Shown: positions 1-13,351 of the stretch, piece by piece
How the letters are laid out: each line of letters starts with the position of its first letter
Position numbering within the stretch: the first letter of the stretch is position 1
The notes under the pieces: generated by a model
What the model saw: only the letters and a program-made list of their open reading frames with translations
What the model was told of the DNA's origin: nothing
Database searches by the model: none
Translations under genes and position numbers: made by a program
DNA from: Marsupella aquatica
Lineage: Eukaryota > Plantae > Marchantiophyta
Direction: 5' to 3'
Length of the DNA: 64,000 bases
NCBI GenBank assembly: GCA_973895155.1
Contig: OZ316899.1
Location: 15,093,974 to 15,157,973, forward strand

Positions 1-1439
1 CTACCATGGGTTACATTTTTAGCGACAATCTCATGAAGACCATTGATCCAGAGTCATTGCAAGAAGCTCCTCCGACCTGCCCTCTTGCCATTGTTGATTT
101 TAGCCCCCAACAATCCAAAGCCAAAATTCTTGTATACATCAAAGGATGTTGATTACAAAGTATGCAAGATTGACAAGGGAAAGGGAGAGGCTAAGGAAAC
201 AGATGAGGGGACACAAAACAATGACCTAAAAGTGGTTTTGGACCCAAAAGAGGTAGTCAAGATTATGAATATGGCCCCTTGATTTGAGACAGTTGGCAGT
301 CGCAGTGGGTGGGTTAATCCTCATGCCAAACCCACGCGGATGATCCGAAGGATTATTGAATCCTTGTCAAAACCGGGAGATTTGGTTCTAGATTTTTTCT
401 CCGATGGCCAAGTCATGAAGACATCATTTTTTTGCGATAGGGAATGCTTTGTTTATTGTGACTCTCAGTTCGAGAGGCATTTTGAGGAAGCTTTTGCTTC
501 CTACCTTTGCGAGAGAGTTCCCTCACTTAAAGCCCATTGTGAATCACTTGCTGAAAATTCTCGACAATGGGCTACCACTGGTGCGGCTGTAGCTGTCGCT
601 GTTGAATCCAACGGTTTTGAGTTTGAAGATGTTGCTGACAAAGTGGCTGAAGGCGTAGAGGCATCAAAGGGGGCATATGTCAAGAATTTGGATGACCGTG
701 TTGGTCAAGGTGAGCCTTACAATGTAGATGATGATATTGGACTTTCACCAAACCGTTCATCTGGTTTAGATGACATCCCTCCGGGGCCCAATGAAGTTCA
801 GGTTGATGATAACTTGGACAAGGATGATCCCAATCCAACACCGCCAGGAGGACAGATGGAGCAAATGGAAGGAGCAAGGGTTGATACATTTGATCGTCTT
901 TCTTCAACAAATCTGATCAATGAAGGCGCAACGAGGCTTGGAGATTCAAATGAAGCTGAAACTCAAGAATTGACTCCGGGGGAGATTGATGGATTGCCTG
1001 ACATTCCCATCAATCCAGGAGAAAATTCATCAACGGTTGTTGACAACCAGGCAGGTGCTTCAACTTGTCTTGACACACTCTTTTCAGCTTCTGATGACAA
1101 ATTGGTGTTAGTTCGCTCACACTCGGGGAGTCCTATTGTCCTTCCGCTATCAAAAAAGAAAGGGAATAGAGTTGAATCAACTGGATGGAGGTCATTCCAG
1201 ACGCATGATGTTACGTGTGGAAAATTGGGCCAAATAGAGGCCAAGAAATACCATTGGATGCTGCTCCTTCAATTCTAAATAAGGAGGAGTATAAGAGGGG
1301 AGAATTGGGGTTGATAACTCATGTTTGGACTTCACCTTATTGGGTAGAACAAAGTACTTCAGATGTCAATTTTGAAATCCAACAGGAGCTTGGTGCTGAC
1401 ATGATTATTGATGAATACGGATCTCTTATTTTGGGATGA
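1..1439 (+). pseudogene. C-terminal part of ParB-like/amino (N4C/N6A) DNA methyltransferase-like gene, followed by an acidic tail
   Basis: 313-460 reads VNPHAKPTRMIRRIIESLSKPGDLVLDFFSDGQ...R...D, matching the beta-class amino-MTase motif X/I pattern (HPxxKPxxLxxxII...S.PGDxVLDPFxGxG). In-frame stop at 280-282 and a frameshift near 1200. Confidence 0.7.
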
Positions 1440-1869
1440 AATTCAGCCTTTGACTTTCTATTTATTCATACCAGTCTAAAATACTTGGTCAAGTGCAAGC
1501 TAGAGGGGTACTGAAAGGATCTCCATTTTCTCCACCAAAAGGACATAGGTCCTTGGTAAAAGCAATCACTAGAGGACAAAAAGACCAAAATGTTACATGG
1601 AATGGCCAGGATTGTTTTGGTGAGATTGAAAGGTAAGATCTTGCATGCCAAATCTTTGGAAGTGTGTCCACATATTTCGGAATTTAAGAAGAGTGCCCAA
1701 TCTTTTTGGAAGTGTGCACAATCTTTTTGGAAGTGTGCCCAACCTTTTTGGGAGTGTGCTCAGCTAAATCTTAATGACATTTATACTCCTTTCACTCTCC
1801 TTTTTGAGCTAGTCCTTGGGGACTCCTTTGGTACCCCTCTAGCTTGCTTTTGACCACTTCTTGGTCCAC

Positions 1870-3067
1870 AGAATGCGCTCACCAATTAAAGTCTCCATAT
1901 CCGTCTACCCATTGTGGGGCTTCTAAAAATGGTATGTAGGTTACTTTTTTTCTTTTTTGTCAGCTGTTGTCCTGTATTTTTGGACTGAGACAATCCAAAC
2001 CAAAGTTCACTTTTGGTTTTTTCTCTAAGAATGGTGTTTGGTGCACTTGCAGAATCGAGACCTGGTCCCGTCAAGCGGAAGTTGCTGATTTTGGGATTCT
2101 GTTGAATTCCAAAGCAAGGGCACATCCAGGAATATTGTCACCTCAAGTGGAGTGCATTGGGATAGAAAAAATGGTATTAGTTGCATGTATACAGAACGAC
2201 CAGGGCTCCATGAGTTTCTAAAGTTGGTTTTTGACAGATTTGACGTTGCAATTTGGACATGTGCTGGGATACCGCGAACAATGAAAATGTTGAGCATGAT
2301 GTTCACTGCTGAGGAGAGGTCAAAACTTCAGTTTGTATTCACACAGGTAGAAGCTTTTGACACAGGCATTCAAAGGCGTGACATTACAAACGGAAAGGCA
2401 AATGTGCTACTCAAGGATTTTTGGGTGGTATGGAATGCATTTGGAAATCTATATGATGAAACCAACACCCTCCTTGTGGATGACTCCCCCCTTAAGGCAT
2501 TTGCCAACCAGACATGACCGGATTATTTCCAGTGCCCTACACGCATGCCAATCGTGGAGATAATCTTCTTCTAGCAATTCTTTGGCCATGTCTTGAGAAA
2601 CTATCACATGCAAGTGACATTTGATGTTATCTTCTTCTCAACTCTCCAAAGTGGTCTCTTTGCACATGAAGAGAGACAAGGCAACAAATGAGATTACTTA
2701 TGATCAACTTAGCAAGAGATTTGCAGCAAAAATTTAGAAGTCACAGTTTACGCATAGTGTGTTGGACCTCAACACCAATGAGATTCCTTGGAATGTAAAA
2801 CACCGTATATGTAGTTTACGTCCTGAGGCGGAACTTGACAATGTACTTGTCAACTCACTTGCTAAATTGTTTTTAGGAAGAGACTATTCAGGTACATATA
2901 GAGAAAATCCCAGACACTTTTTGCGGGAGATTATAGCCATTAGGAACAACACCATCAAATTTCAACTCCCTGAAAGTGAAGGGTGTTGCAACCGTGACAA
3001 TAGGGTAGATAGGAAAGGAGATAGGGGCACATGCTCAAATACACATTGTACGGAGCACTTGATTTAG
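1870..3067 (+). pseudogene. NIF/FCP1-like HAD-superfamily phosphatase with Cys/His-rich C-terminus (copy 1)
   Basis: ERPGLHEFLKLVFDRFDVAIWT...LLKD...VW...YDETNTLLVDDSPLKAFAN, then LFP.PY...D.LL...WPCLEKL. A GT-AG intron at ~1932-2052 is conserved in both copies. Contains stops. Confidence 0.8.
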
Positions 3068-3317
3068 AGATTTAATTGACTCGTGTTAAGCCCCTTAGAT
3101 AGTAGAAATGGGTTCGTATTCATTGTAAATTTTCAGATAAATTTTATATAAATATTTAATAATCTATTTGGAATGATGTGATTTTGTTCACACTATCAAT
3201 GGTCCTTAAATGGGGATGACATATTTTTATTAGTTCCTATCCTACAGTTCTTTGTGAATTATTAAATAATATAATATGTATTATTTATTAATATAATATT
3301 AATGTGATTTGGCCTAT

Positions 3318-3396
3318 AAAGTGTACATTTAGGGACACAAAAGTGTACATTTGGTGTCTTGAAGTGTACATTTGGGGCCATGAAAGTGTACATTTC
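3318..3396 (+). repeat. Subterminal tandem repeats, AAGTGTACATTT core x4 (~21-23 bp period)
   Basis: Seen directly; three inverted copies at ~18627-18683 in cassette copy 2. Confidence 0.85.
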
Positions 3397-3444
3397 AAGA
3401 CTCATTTGTGAAAAAAAGAAAATACACTTTTAATGAATAGGTTG

Positions 3445-6146
3445 ATGAGTGGAAAGCCATGGTGGAGCTACAAACTGGGAAGGAGTTGAAGTGTGTTCGG
3501 TCAGATAACGGTGGCGAGTATAACTCCAATGAGTTTGACCAATTTGGTCGGGACCTTGGCCTCAAGCGTCATTACACTGCACCGGAGACCCCGCAACAAA
3601 ATGGAGTGGCATAATGGTTGAATCGGACATTGCTGGAGAAAGCACGCAGCATGCTATGTAGGTCCAAGTTGCCCAATAATTTTTGGGCTGAAGCTGTCAA
3701 CCAAGCTGCATACGTTTACAACCTATCACCACACAATAGTAAGTTGATGCAGACTCCATTTGAGTTGTGGTATAAGAGACCTGCTGATTCCTCTAGACTC
3801 CAAGTTTTTGGGTGTGCTGCCTGTGTTCACATTGAGCAGACACACAGGTCTAAGTTGGATCCCAAGTCTAAGAAATGTATTTTTCTAGGCTTTGGTCCGG
3901 GGCAAAAGAGCTACAAATTGTGGGATCTTGTCGATTGCAAGGCAGTTGTGAGCATAAATGTTGTTTTTGATGAAGAATGGTTGTCAAGAACCCGGGATGA
4001 TTAGGAGGAGTAGGTGGAGGAACCCACTATGGTGGAGCTTGATGGTGTTGAGGAAGCTATTGGTTCCTCTGGTAGAGGTGTAGTTCCTCAATTGAGGCGA
4101 TCCACAAGGGCCAATCTTGGCCAACCCCCTGATAGATTTGGTTTTGCAGATCCTCGTGTTCATGTTGTTGAGCATGACAATGATCCTGGTGTTATATTGC
4201 TCACTGAAGATGGACACCCCTCTAGCTATGAAGAAGCTATGGCCTCTCTATAGAAGGATAAGTGGATGGAGGCGATGTTGAAGGAGATGAATTCTTTGAA
4301 GAAGAATTCAACTTGGCGCTTAGTGGACATGCCTTGCAGGACGACACTGGTTCCGTGTAGATGGTTGTATAAGAATAAGCAGGATGGCACTTACAAGGTA
4401 CGCCTTGTGGCCAAAGGGTACACCCAGAAGGAGGGCTTGGACTACACAAAGATTTTCTCACCAGTTGTCAAACTCGCTACTATCCATGTTTTACTTGCAA
4501 TTGTGGCATTCTATGATCTTGAGTTTGATCAAATGGATGTAATTACTGCTTTCCTGCATGGATTGCTTGATGTGGAGATTTATATGGCTCAGCTTCCAGG
4601 TTTTATTGACGAGAAGACCAGACACTTGGTGTGTCAGCTCTTGCGCTTGTTATATGGATTGAAGCAGAGTCCCAGACAATGGAATAAGCATTTTGATTCC
4701 TTCATGTTATCACAGGGGTTCACGCGGAGTGAACATGATTGTTGTATTTACATGAAGGAGGTGGAGAATTACTCACGCTTTGGTTACATTGTGCTGGCAC
4801 TGTACGTGGATGACATGCTGATCCTGGCTGAGAATAAGTCTGATGTTGCCCATCTGAAAGCAATGTTGAGTAAGGAGTTTTCAATGAAGGACTTGGGTCA
4901 GGCCAAGAAGATTTTAGGGATTCATCGTGATAGGGAGCAGAGGCAACTATGGTTGTCTCAGAGGCAGTATTTAGAGAAAGTACTTGCCAAGTATGGGATG
5001 GAGAATGCAAAACCAGTTGGTACTCCATTGGCTTCCCACTTTAAAGTCTCAAATAATGTTTGCCCTTCTAGTGAGAGTGATAGACTGGCGATGAAACAGG
5101 TTCCCTATGATAGTGTTGTGGGTAGTTTGATGTATGCAATGACATGCACTAGACCTGGCATTGCCCACACCGTTAGCATTTTGAGTAGATTTATGGCAAA
5201 CCCTGGTAAACTTCATTGGGAAGCAGTGAAGTGGGTTTTGCGATATCTGAAAGGTACCTTAGATTGTGGGATTCTATTTGACGGTAAAGCAGACTCTACA
5301 TTAGAGTTGGGAGGTTTTTGTAGATTTAGATTATGCTGGTAATTTGGATAACAGGAAGTCTACTACAGGCTATGTGTATATGCTGGGTGGAGGTTGTATC
5401 AGCTGGAAGTCGGCAACTCAATCCCGTGTTGCATTGTCTACTACTGAGGCTGAGTACATGGCTGCCTGCGAGGCAACCAAGGAGCTGATCTGGCTACGGA
5501 GATTGGTGAGTGATTTGGGTCTTTCACATGAAAGACCGGTGCTGTTGTGTGATACTCAAAGTGCTTTGCATCTGGCTAAACCCTGTGTTCCATGCAAGGA
5601 CAAAGCACATTGATATTTGTTATCACTTCATCCGTGAGGTGATTGAGATAAAGCAGATGTTTATGGAGAAGGTGGCTTCAGAGGAGAATGCAGCAGACAT
5701 GCTTACTAAAATTTTACCTACCAGTAGTTTTAGTCATTGTGTGGATATAATTAATGTTAGTGCCAAACCGGAGACTATGTAGATATGTTACTTAGTTACA
5801 TATTGTATATCACCTGACTCATTGTGTGAACTAGAATCAAGGTGGAGATTGTTAGGAATTGACTCGAGTTCTCGACTATAGTTAGTTTGGCCTTACTAGG
5901 GTTAATTGACCCTTGGTTAGTTTAGGATAAGATCCACTTATTTAGGCCCACACATCTTAGTCCCCCTTGGGGGGTATAGATTGGAGGGAGAGCATTCTCT
6001 CCCTCATTCTTCACATGTTCAATCTCATGAGCTATGGATCCTTCAAGAGTTTCTCCATGATCGTGATGTCTTGTTGGTGTAGTGTGAGATTGAGTGCTCT
6101 CATGTTCCACATTGCTGTCTAGTCTGGAGTTGACGGTTTTCCTACA
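3445..6146 (+). mobile_element. 5'-truncated Ty1/copia retrotransposon (INT core-RT-RNaseH-PPT-3'LTR)
   Basis: RSDNGGEY and TPQQNGVA (integrase), RSKLDPKSKKC, RLVAKGYTQKEG, LYGLKQSPRQW, LYVDDML (RT), STTEAEY and ARTKHID (RNaseH) in copia order. Stops and frameshifts present. Confidence 0.95.
5850..6146 (+). repeat. Copia 3' LTR (~297 bp)
   Basis: PPT AAGGTGGAGA immediately before TGTTAGG; ends CCTACA. Confidence 0.75.
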
Positions 6147-6254
6147 TGTAGGTACTCACTTATTGATTCACATGAAGTCTTGTGGAAACAGCTTATTACA
6201 TTTGGAACTTTTTGTGGCACTATAATGATACAAGTTCAATCCCCGTGTATTGCA

Positions 6255-6745
6255 CGAAAGATGTTGTTAAGTAAAAGATGTCATTACACAAAAGATATTT
6301 TTAAGTAAATAAATCATTGCGCAAAAGATGTTGTCAAGTAAAAGATGTAGGTAAGCAAAAGATGTTGTTAAGAAAATATGTGGTTGCTCAAAAGATGTTG
6401 TTAAGTAAATATGTAGTTGCTCACAAAATGTTGTTAAGTAAAATATGTCGTTGTGCAAAAGATGTCGTTAAGTAAAAGATGTCAATGTTGCGCAAAACAT
6501 GTTGTTAAGTAAAATATGTGGTTGCTCAAAAGATGTCATTAAGTAAAATAGTAGTTGCTCAAAAGATGGCGTTACATGTAATTTACTAAAATGTATTGTT
6601 CATGAAAAGATGTCAATGCATAATAGATGACCTTGTGCTAAAGATGTAGTTGAGAAAAATTAGGGTGCAAAAGATAGCTTGACTAACAGATTTTATTTGT
6701 TAAAAGATCTCATTGCATAAAAATGTCATCAAGTACAAGATGTCA
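6255..6745. repeat. Degenerate tandem repeat (AAAAGATGTTGTTAAGTAAA-type units)
   Basis: Repeated AAAAGATGT/AAAATATGT cores in units of ~35 bp. Confidence 0.85.
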
Positions 6746-6989
6746 TGACAAAGAGAGATGACATTGACCACCAAAGTATAACAAAGTGAGAATCATTTTT
6801 TACTTTATTTAAAAAAATCCTTTCAAAGCTTAACCCCCCCCCCCCCCTCCCGCTTTCTTCTGGTTCCCTTCTTTTGCTCTTTTTTAAGCTCCTTGTTCTC
6901 TCATTGATTAGATTGTGCACTAATTTATTGACTATCTAACATTTGCAACTAAACTCCTATCATTATACAGCAGCACCTGTACGCATGAA

Positions 6990-7140
6990 AGATATAGCAT
7001 GGATGGTAGAAAGAGAAACATGGTATTGCATGGATGGTAGAAGGAAGAGCGCTGCAGGGTGTAGCATGCATGATATAACATGGATGGTAGAGGGAAAACA
7101 TGGTATAGCATGGATGGTTGAGGGAGGAGCATGGTATAGC
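6990..7140. repeat. ~30-bp minisatellite (ATAGCATGGATGGTAGA...), ~5 units
   Basis: Seen directly. Confidence 0.8.
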
Positions 7141-10100
7141 ACTTTGTATAGAAGAGTTTGTCTTTTTTCTTCTAGCTTGGAAAAGCTAGCATCTACTTTT
7201 TCATTCACACCAAATATTAATCACTCTTTCTTTAGTCCTTCCACTTTTTGCAGTTTTTGTTTTTTTCCAAAAAGCCACTCCAAATTTGAATGACAACCAC
7301 CGCATAAAAAGGCGTAACATGTTATTATAGTTTCTGATTGAAACTTAGAGTAAGTTTTAGCTCTGCTTGCAGTAAACTAGAGGATCATCTTTTGCTTCTG
7401 AATGAGAATTGGTATCTTTTGGAGTCACCTCGGTCACTTTTTGCCTCGCTTTTTGCAATGAAGCATTTTTCAGTCTGCTTCCCAATTTATGAAAAATTGA
7501 AGTCATTTTTGACAAAAAAAGTGTTTGCGAGGCCGCTTCACATTTGAAGAGGGGGCTATGTGGAAGGAAGATAATAAGGAAAGTGATAATTATTCTCAAC
7601 TTTTTTTCTTTTTGCTATCCCTTGGAGATCACTTGAGACATAACAAAATTCTTTCCATAATTTTTGGCTTTTGAAAAGGAGATATGAAGAAGATAAGAAA
7701 GATACAACTTTGATGAAGAATTGCCTTGGATGGAGTTAAACAATCGCTTTGAAGAAAAGGATCAAAAAATTGCTTTGAGCAAGGAATAGCTTTGGAATTT
7801 GATGGCAAGTTTGAAAGAAGATTGTGAATCCGCCTGATGCCGGTTGAAGGAGTTTGTAGGTTTGCTGGAAAGCTATTTCCAAGAGTTTCAAGGAGAAATT
7901 TTGAGCCACTCAAAAACAACAACTTGAAAATGTCTCAAACCAATTTCATGTAGGAGTTTTGGTTATTTTCCCCTTAAAACATTTTATACCTCTTTTTCCT
8001 CATTTGAGCCTCTCTCTTAGTTAAGTAGGAGTAAGATACAAAGTGACTTAACTGGTCACCCTTAGCAATTTAGATATAGAGAGGTTTAGATTCATCGGTC
8101 CCTACTTTTAGATAGGATTAGGTTTTTAGTCTTTTGGAGCTTTTGGCATCTCCAAGCTATTGAGGGAGACTTACATTTGGACTCCCATGAAAAATATTGG
8201 TGTCACTTCTTCTAAATTCATCCTTGACCAATTTGGGTCTTTCTCTCACCCAAACTTTGGGCTTAGGAGAGAAGATTGAGTAAAGGGGATTTGTACCACC
8301 ATTTTGTGTTGAATTCATCAATGTCATTTACTCAGTTGTTAACTCAAGCTTGGAATGAATGTATGAATTGTAGGAAATCAATTTGCTATGGATCATTAAA
8401 GAAAAGCTTTGAAATCTAGTACTTAGAAAATAGTATTGAGTTTTATGACTTAAAACCAATCTCCTTAAAGAGTATATGGCAGTCATAGATGAAAGAAAAC
8501 AAATTATTTATTGAGAAGGAGAATAGTTTAATATCAACCACCTAAGCAAAACCTAAGTAAGAATTGTTCTAGGATTCTGTGTGTAGAAAAAAGTAAAGAA
8601 GTCACTTTATGATTTCGAGTTACATAAATCAAGCATAAATAGTTTCACTTATTCCCTATGGAAACAAATTCAGGTCCTTTAGACACACATCACATACTTT
8701 TGTGTTCTTGCACTTACCACGTGCAGCATAAGGACAAACAACGAGCTTCCACTTGCTGGAGGTTTGACCTTTTGGAGAGGGCTTGTTATCGCTGCAGAGA
8801 GACTAAGTGATCATAGCGGGAAGGAAATTACAAGTTGTCGCTCAGATGTTGGTAAAGAAATATGAGGATAGTGAGCCGGCTGTGTTGAGGTGAGAGCAGG
8901 AATAGTCGGCCATTGGGCTGAGACGCAGGGAGAAGGGAGCAGACTGATAAAAGGAAAGAGTAAGAATGGGAACCAACTGAACTTGGGACCTTTGTAGGTG
9001 AGGTTTTTGGGGACTTGATATGGCTCTGCAAGACAGGCAAGGCATTCATACCGCATGCCGGATGATGGACCGGTTGAAGGTGGCACTTAAACAGTGAGGA
9101 AACAAATCATTCAAAGTCACGCTCCTTTCTCATGGGTAGGAGATGCCCCTGAGGTAGATTTTGATAGGATCTTTGGCATCAAATCTGAGGTGAAGTCCAG
9201 AATTTGACTAGCACCTGCATTGGATTTCTTTAACAGTACTGTGGTTTGCATTGGACTAAGTAATTTGTGGGGAAGTAAACTGTCAATTTAAACCCTGCTA
9301 TTTTGGACAGTTGCTTGGGGGAATGTAGATGTGACCATGGAGGTTGGAGAGTACAGAAGTGAGGATGGAGTTGTCTTGTCATGTTTGGAATCCTCAGGGA
9401 AATGACAGCAGATTGGGGGCTAGTTTGTTTGCTCGGAATGTCTTGTCTACTGTTCCTAGCAGATTTTTGTTGTGACAAGAATATGCATTAGAAGAAGGAT
9501 TATTTTCCTGATATTTCTTGATAACAATTTCCTTGTTACAAAAGAAACTTGTATGGTTCACCTTTTCCTGTTTGCTCACTTGTTACAATTACCCATCAGA
9601 ATGGACCTAAAGTTAAAGGATGAATGGGTGAGTGATTTGGAGGAGTGGAGTTGATTGTGTTTACCCAAGGAAGAAAAGCCAGTTAATTATTTTCATCTAA
9701 TTCTTTCAACCTGGAGAGACGATCAATTAAATTTTGTGGTTTACTGAGGTTTTTTCCAATTCTTTCAATCTAGTGAGGTTCGCCCCATGCATAATCTGTG
9801 ATCCAAATATGGTTGTAGTCAGATTCATTAATTGGAGAAACATTTATCGTTGTTTTTAATAATTTCATTATTTGTTTTGGGATTATCGTAGCACTAGGAG
9901 AATAAACACCTCAGTAAAGTCTTTCAAAAGCATAAATATTTTCCTCCTGTTACACGTGCTCTGTAGGATACTTAGACAAGTTCTTTACCTCTCCCGGAAG
10001 TTCAGTTAATTCCACAAGTAAGTCTAATTATTCATGGGGTGGAATAAATTTCTCCGTGAGTTTCACTAGGCCTTAAACCCTAAACCCTAAAGCACAGATT

Positions 10101-10792
10101 TTACAAACCAATTTGTAGGCGGATAGGAAAACATTCTCACATCCAATGTTTGCTGCAGAGGGCACAAAACAAATTCAATGTTCAGGGATTCTTCACAAAA
10201 AATGACTCCAAGCTACTTGAGGCCCTTGCAGAAACTCTTCTCTCTACAGAAAACCGGACTTGAAAAAAAACTTCTTCCAACTTGCATAACAAACTGAGAG
10301 AACTCAGACCGAGTAGACTTCCAAGGAGATATCCTTTTCCATTATGTAAGTTTTGTCGACAAAGCCTTGCATTACAAATAAGGAGCTGTCTAACCTGCAA
10401 CGAACCAGACTTGTTGACGTGTCTGAAAGAATGCGGAAATAAATGGCATTACGAACATGCATGGATTAACTATGTACCGATGGATAAAATAGCATCATAA
10501 TCCTCATTGTGAACGCATGGCGACTCTTCACTAAAACAATGAGCAGAACCACTTCAGTGCTAATACCGAACATGCGTGTCTTGGCGGCAGATTTATAGCC
10601 TGCCCCACTAGAAGATACGATTTTTCAGAACATCATCAACTAACTCAGCAGTTATTATTCTAATTAGAAATAGCAGCGAACAATCAACGTCAAAATCCTC
10701 AATGCAATCCACTGGAAACTTGAGGCAACACCTTTATCAGCCTCGGTCCTTTTGTGTGCACGATGAAGTCATCTACTTTGGTGTACATCGTA

Positions 10793-13351
10793 TCAAATTC
10801 CAACAGCCTTCTCTTTAAATTTCTGAAGAGAAGGAGAGACCTCTGCAGCAAGGGGTCCACTAGCTGAATTTGATTCAGAGCCTTCGTCAGCTGCCAAAAG
10901 CTCCTCGCCATACTTTACAGTATCCAGCTTCAGCTTCTTCGAGTTTGGTTCACCATTTTCTTGCTTAATGCGGGTCGGAACCACCCTGTTATCCTCCCCT
11001 TTCAACAACTCCACAACCTCAAGCATAGTAGGTCTGTTTTCTGGAGTATTTTGAGCACACATGGTTGCCACCTGTACCACTCTTCTGAGCTCTGCCTCGG
11101 CAAACCTTCCATTCAGCTTGGGATCAACCAATTCATCCAACTTTCCATGGAATACTAGTGGTGCTGCCCACTCCACAATAGTCCTCTTAGTTGGCCCAAG
11201 CTTCTCAATTGGCTTCTTTCCACTTATCAATTCAAGCAGCAAAATTCCAAAACTGTACACATCACAACTCTCCGACACTTTCCCCCACATGGCGTACTCA
11301 GGAGCAAGGTACCCTAGAGTCCCTTTGACGCGGGTCGTCACGTGTGTGGCCCCGTCAGGTATCAGCTTAGCAAAACCGAAATCTGCAACTTGAGCGTTAA
11401 AACTTGAATCCAAAAGAACATTGCTCGCCTTTACATCCCTATGTATGATGTGAGGCGTTGCAAAGTGATGCAAATACCTGCGAAATAAAATCAACCAACA
11501 ATAGTCACCACAATTATATGATAACAAACTCAGTTTTTACCCCCAATGTTCTTTAAATTCGCCTCCCGAGAGGGGAAGAGGCGGGGCGCGGCCCAGGAGA
11601 ATGAACTATTCTGCATTGACTCGGTACAGACACGCAAGTAACTAGCTAACAGAAGTAGCTGCATGCAGCCCATGACGAAGCTTTCGAAAACTCTAGCAAG
11701 TCTGTTACGTGAAGGTTCTACACCAGCCTTCAAGATAATGAGGAAGTACAAGATTCAGTGTTTTAGACCTCGGAATCTGAATTTAGGGCACAAAACACTT
11801 ACGCCAGGCCCTCTGCTGACCCTATTGCAATGCTCATTCTTCTTCCCCAGTCAAGAAGAGAGTCCGAAGCATATTGCCCGTGAAGATGCGATAGCAGGCT
11901 CAGATTGGGCATGTAGTCATAGACAATAAGACGTTCCTGCCCTTCAGCACAATAGCCACGTAAGCTCAGCAGATTTTTGTGACGAACTCGTCCGAGGATT
12001 TCAACCTCCACGGCAAACTCCATTTCAGCTTTTGTACTCCATACTTTCAACCTCTTTACGGCGATCTGCAATAACAGCAACGGTACATCAAAGGCAAGAT
12101 GTCACCGCTAACAGGATAATGGCTCGATATCAAATGACGACCACAACTCTCATCTTTACAAATGACGTGTTTGGGAAGCAAGAAATAGAGACGAAAGGTC
12201 AAGTCACCTACTTGCGAACCATCCCACAGTTGACCCCAATAAACACTTCCAAATCCTCCTTCACCAAGCTTGTTGTCGTAGTTGAAATTGTTAGTGGCAG
12301 CATGGAGTTCCTTCAGAGAGAAAATACGCCAGGTACTACCTTTTCTATCAGCTACATCTCTGCATACGTGAACGTATAATTTAAGATACATAACTTCAAA
12401 GTAAGACCAAAGCCAGATACAATTAGGGATTTCATTAAAGCTATTACAATGGCTTGGCGTTAGTCAATAGTGTCACCCCTTGCACATTAAAAATTCGTGT
12501 TTACCAAATGGAAGTAGTAGTGATCCAAGGATGTTTTTCGTTAAGTAGATAAGAACGCACATCCACGATCAATCTGGAGCTTATCTACAACTCGCGACTC
12601 AGCAGATTACCAAAACACTTCCGGATCAACCTTTATAAATCAGCAGTACAAGTACTTTTATGCCATCTTTAAAAGAGCTTTGCTCCATCCTGACGATACA
12701 ATGGACAGCGAACAAACACCCCATACTTGAATTGACATAGTTTCCTCGCACGATCACTGGAGAACTCCTTAGACAACAAGCTAAACCTCGAATGCTTCAC
12801 AGTAGCGCTGAAGGATGGGTCAGGAATCTATGGATGTCAAGAGATGATAGTAGCTTCAGCAGATTTGTGACCCAAGATTACAAAACATCAATGTCCATTC
12901 ACGTTCTCTTCTGCAACTCCTCTCTACAGAATAACCGTTCACGTTATGCCATTAAGGAAAACAGATGTATATTATCCTCCGGATGAAGTGAATAATCCAC
13001 CAGGTATTCTTTCGGAAAGCTTCTTTCCATTTCATAATGACTTCGAACGAAAACGCACGATAGTGACAGGGTAGAAGTAGCAGCATCTGCTAACACGGCA
13101 CTTCCCCTCGAATACGAGAATCCACCTTGAACGCGAGTTTCCACTGCAGATTCCATCGTAACGTCGCCGGCACTGAGAATTGCAAGTAAGGTTGCAAGAA
13201 ACAAGGGAAACACAGACAAAATGGTGAAGGCAAATTGGTGACAAGTGCGTGCCACAATTACGCGTTAGCAAGAGGAAAATCTTAAATGAAAAGTTGAGAC
13301 TTACCCTCCGCCGCCTCCTGAACAACAAAAAAGTTTTGCGAACAATGCCAT
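10793..13351 (-). CDS. PTI1-like receptor-like cytoplasmic protein kinase (At3g15890/RLCK-XV-like), 380 aa; exons 13351-13305, 12359-12212, 12065-11803, 11477-10793
   Basis: Three canonical GT-AG introns splice in frame (47+148+263+685=1143 nt). Motifs MALFAKLFCC, WRIFSLKELHAATNNF, GEGGFGSVYWG, IAVKRLK, HRDVKASN, DFG, GTLGYLAPEY are all intact. Confidence 0.95.

Larger units (their letters stand above)
1..3449 (+). mobile_element. Cargo cassette copy 1 (MTase-like gene + NIF phosphatase gene); begins before the window and is truncated on the right at the copia junction
   Basis: Colinear inverted homology with ~18573-21595, e.g. the end at 3400-3449 matches the reverse complement of 18573-18630. 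Both copies carry stops, frameshifts and deletions. Confidence 0.8.

Noticed and set aside
1-1439. Bacterial or phage contamination explaining the MTase and ParB motifs
   Set aside because: The cassette has spliceosomal-type introns, exists as two diverged copies and is interrupted by plant transposons.
7150-9900. Short ORFs or possible old TE remnants downstream of the kinase
   Set aside because: No recognisable domain, termini or TSD could be identified by eye.
10961-12379. Plus-strand ORFs overlapping the kinase, and similar antisense ORFs over gag-pol and A LTRs
   Set aside because: Shadow frames of real coding or GC-rich sequence.
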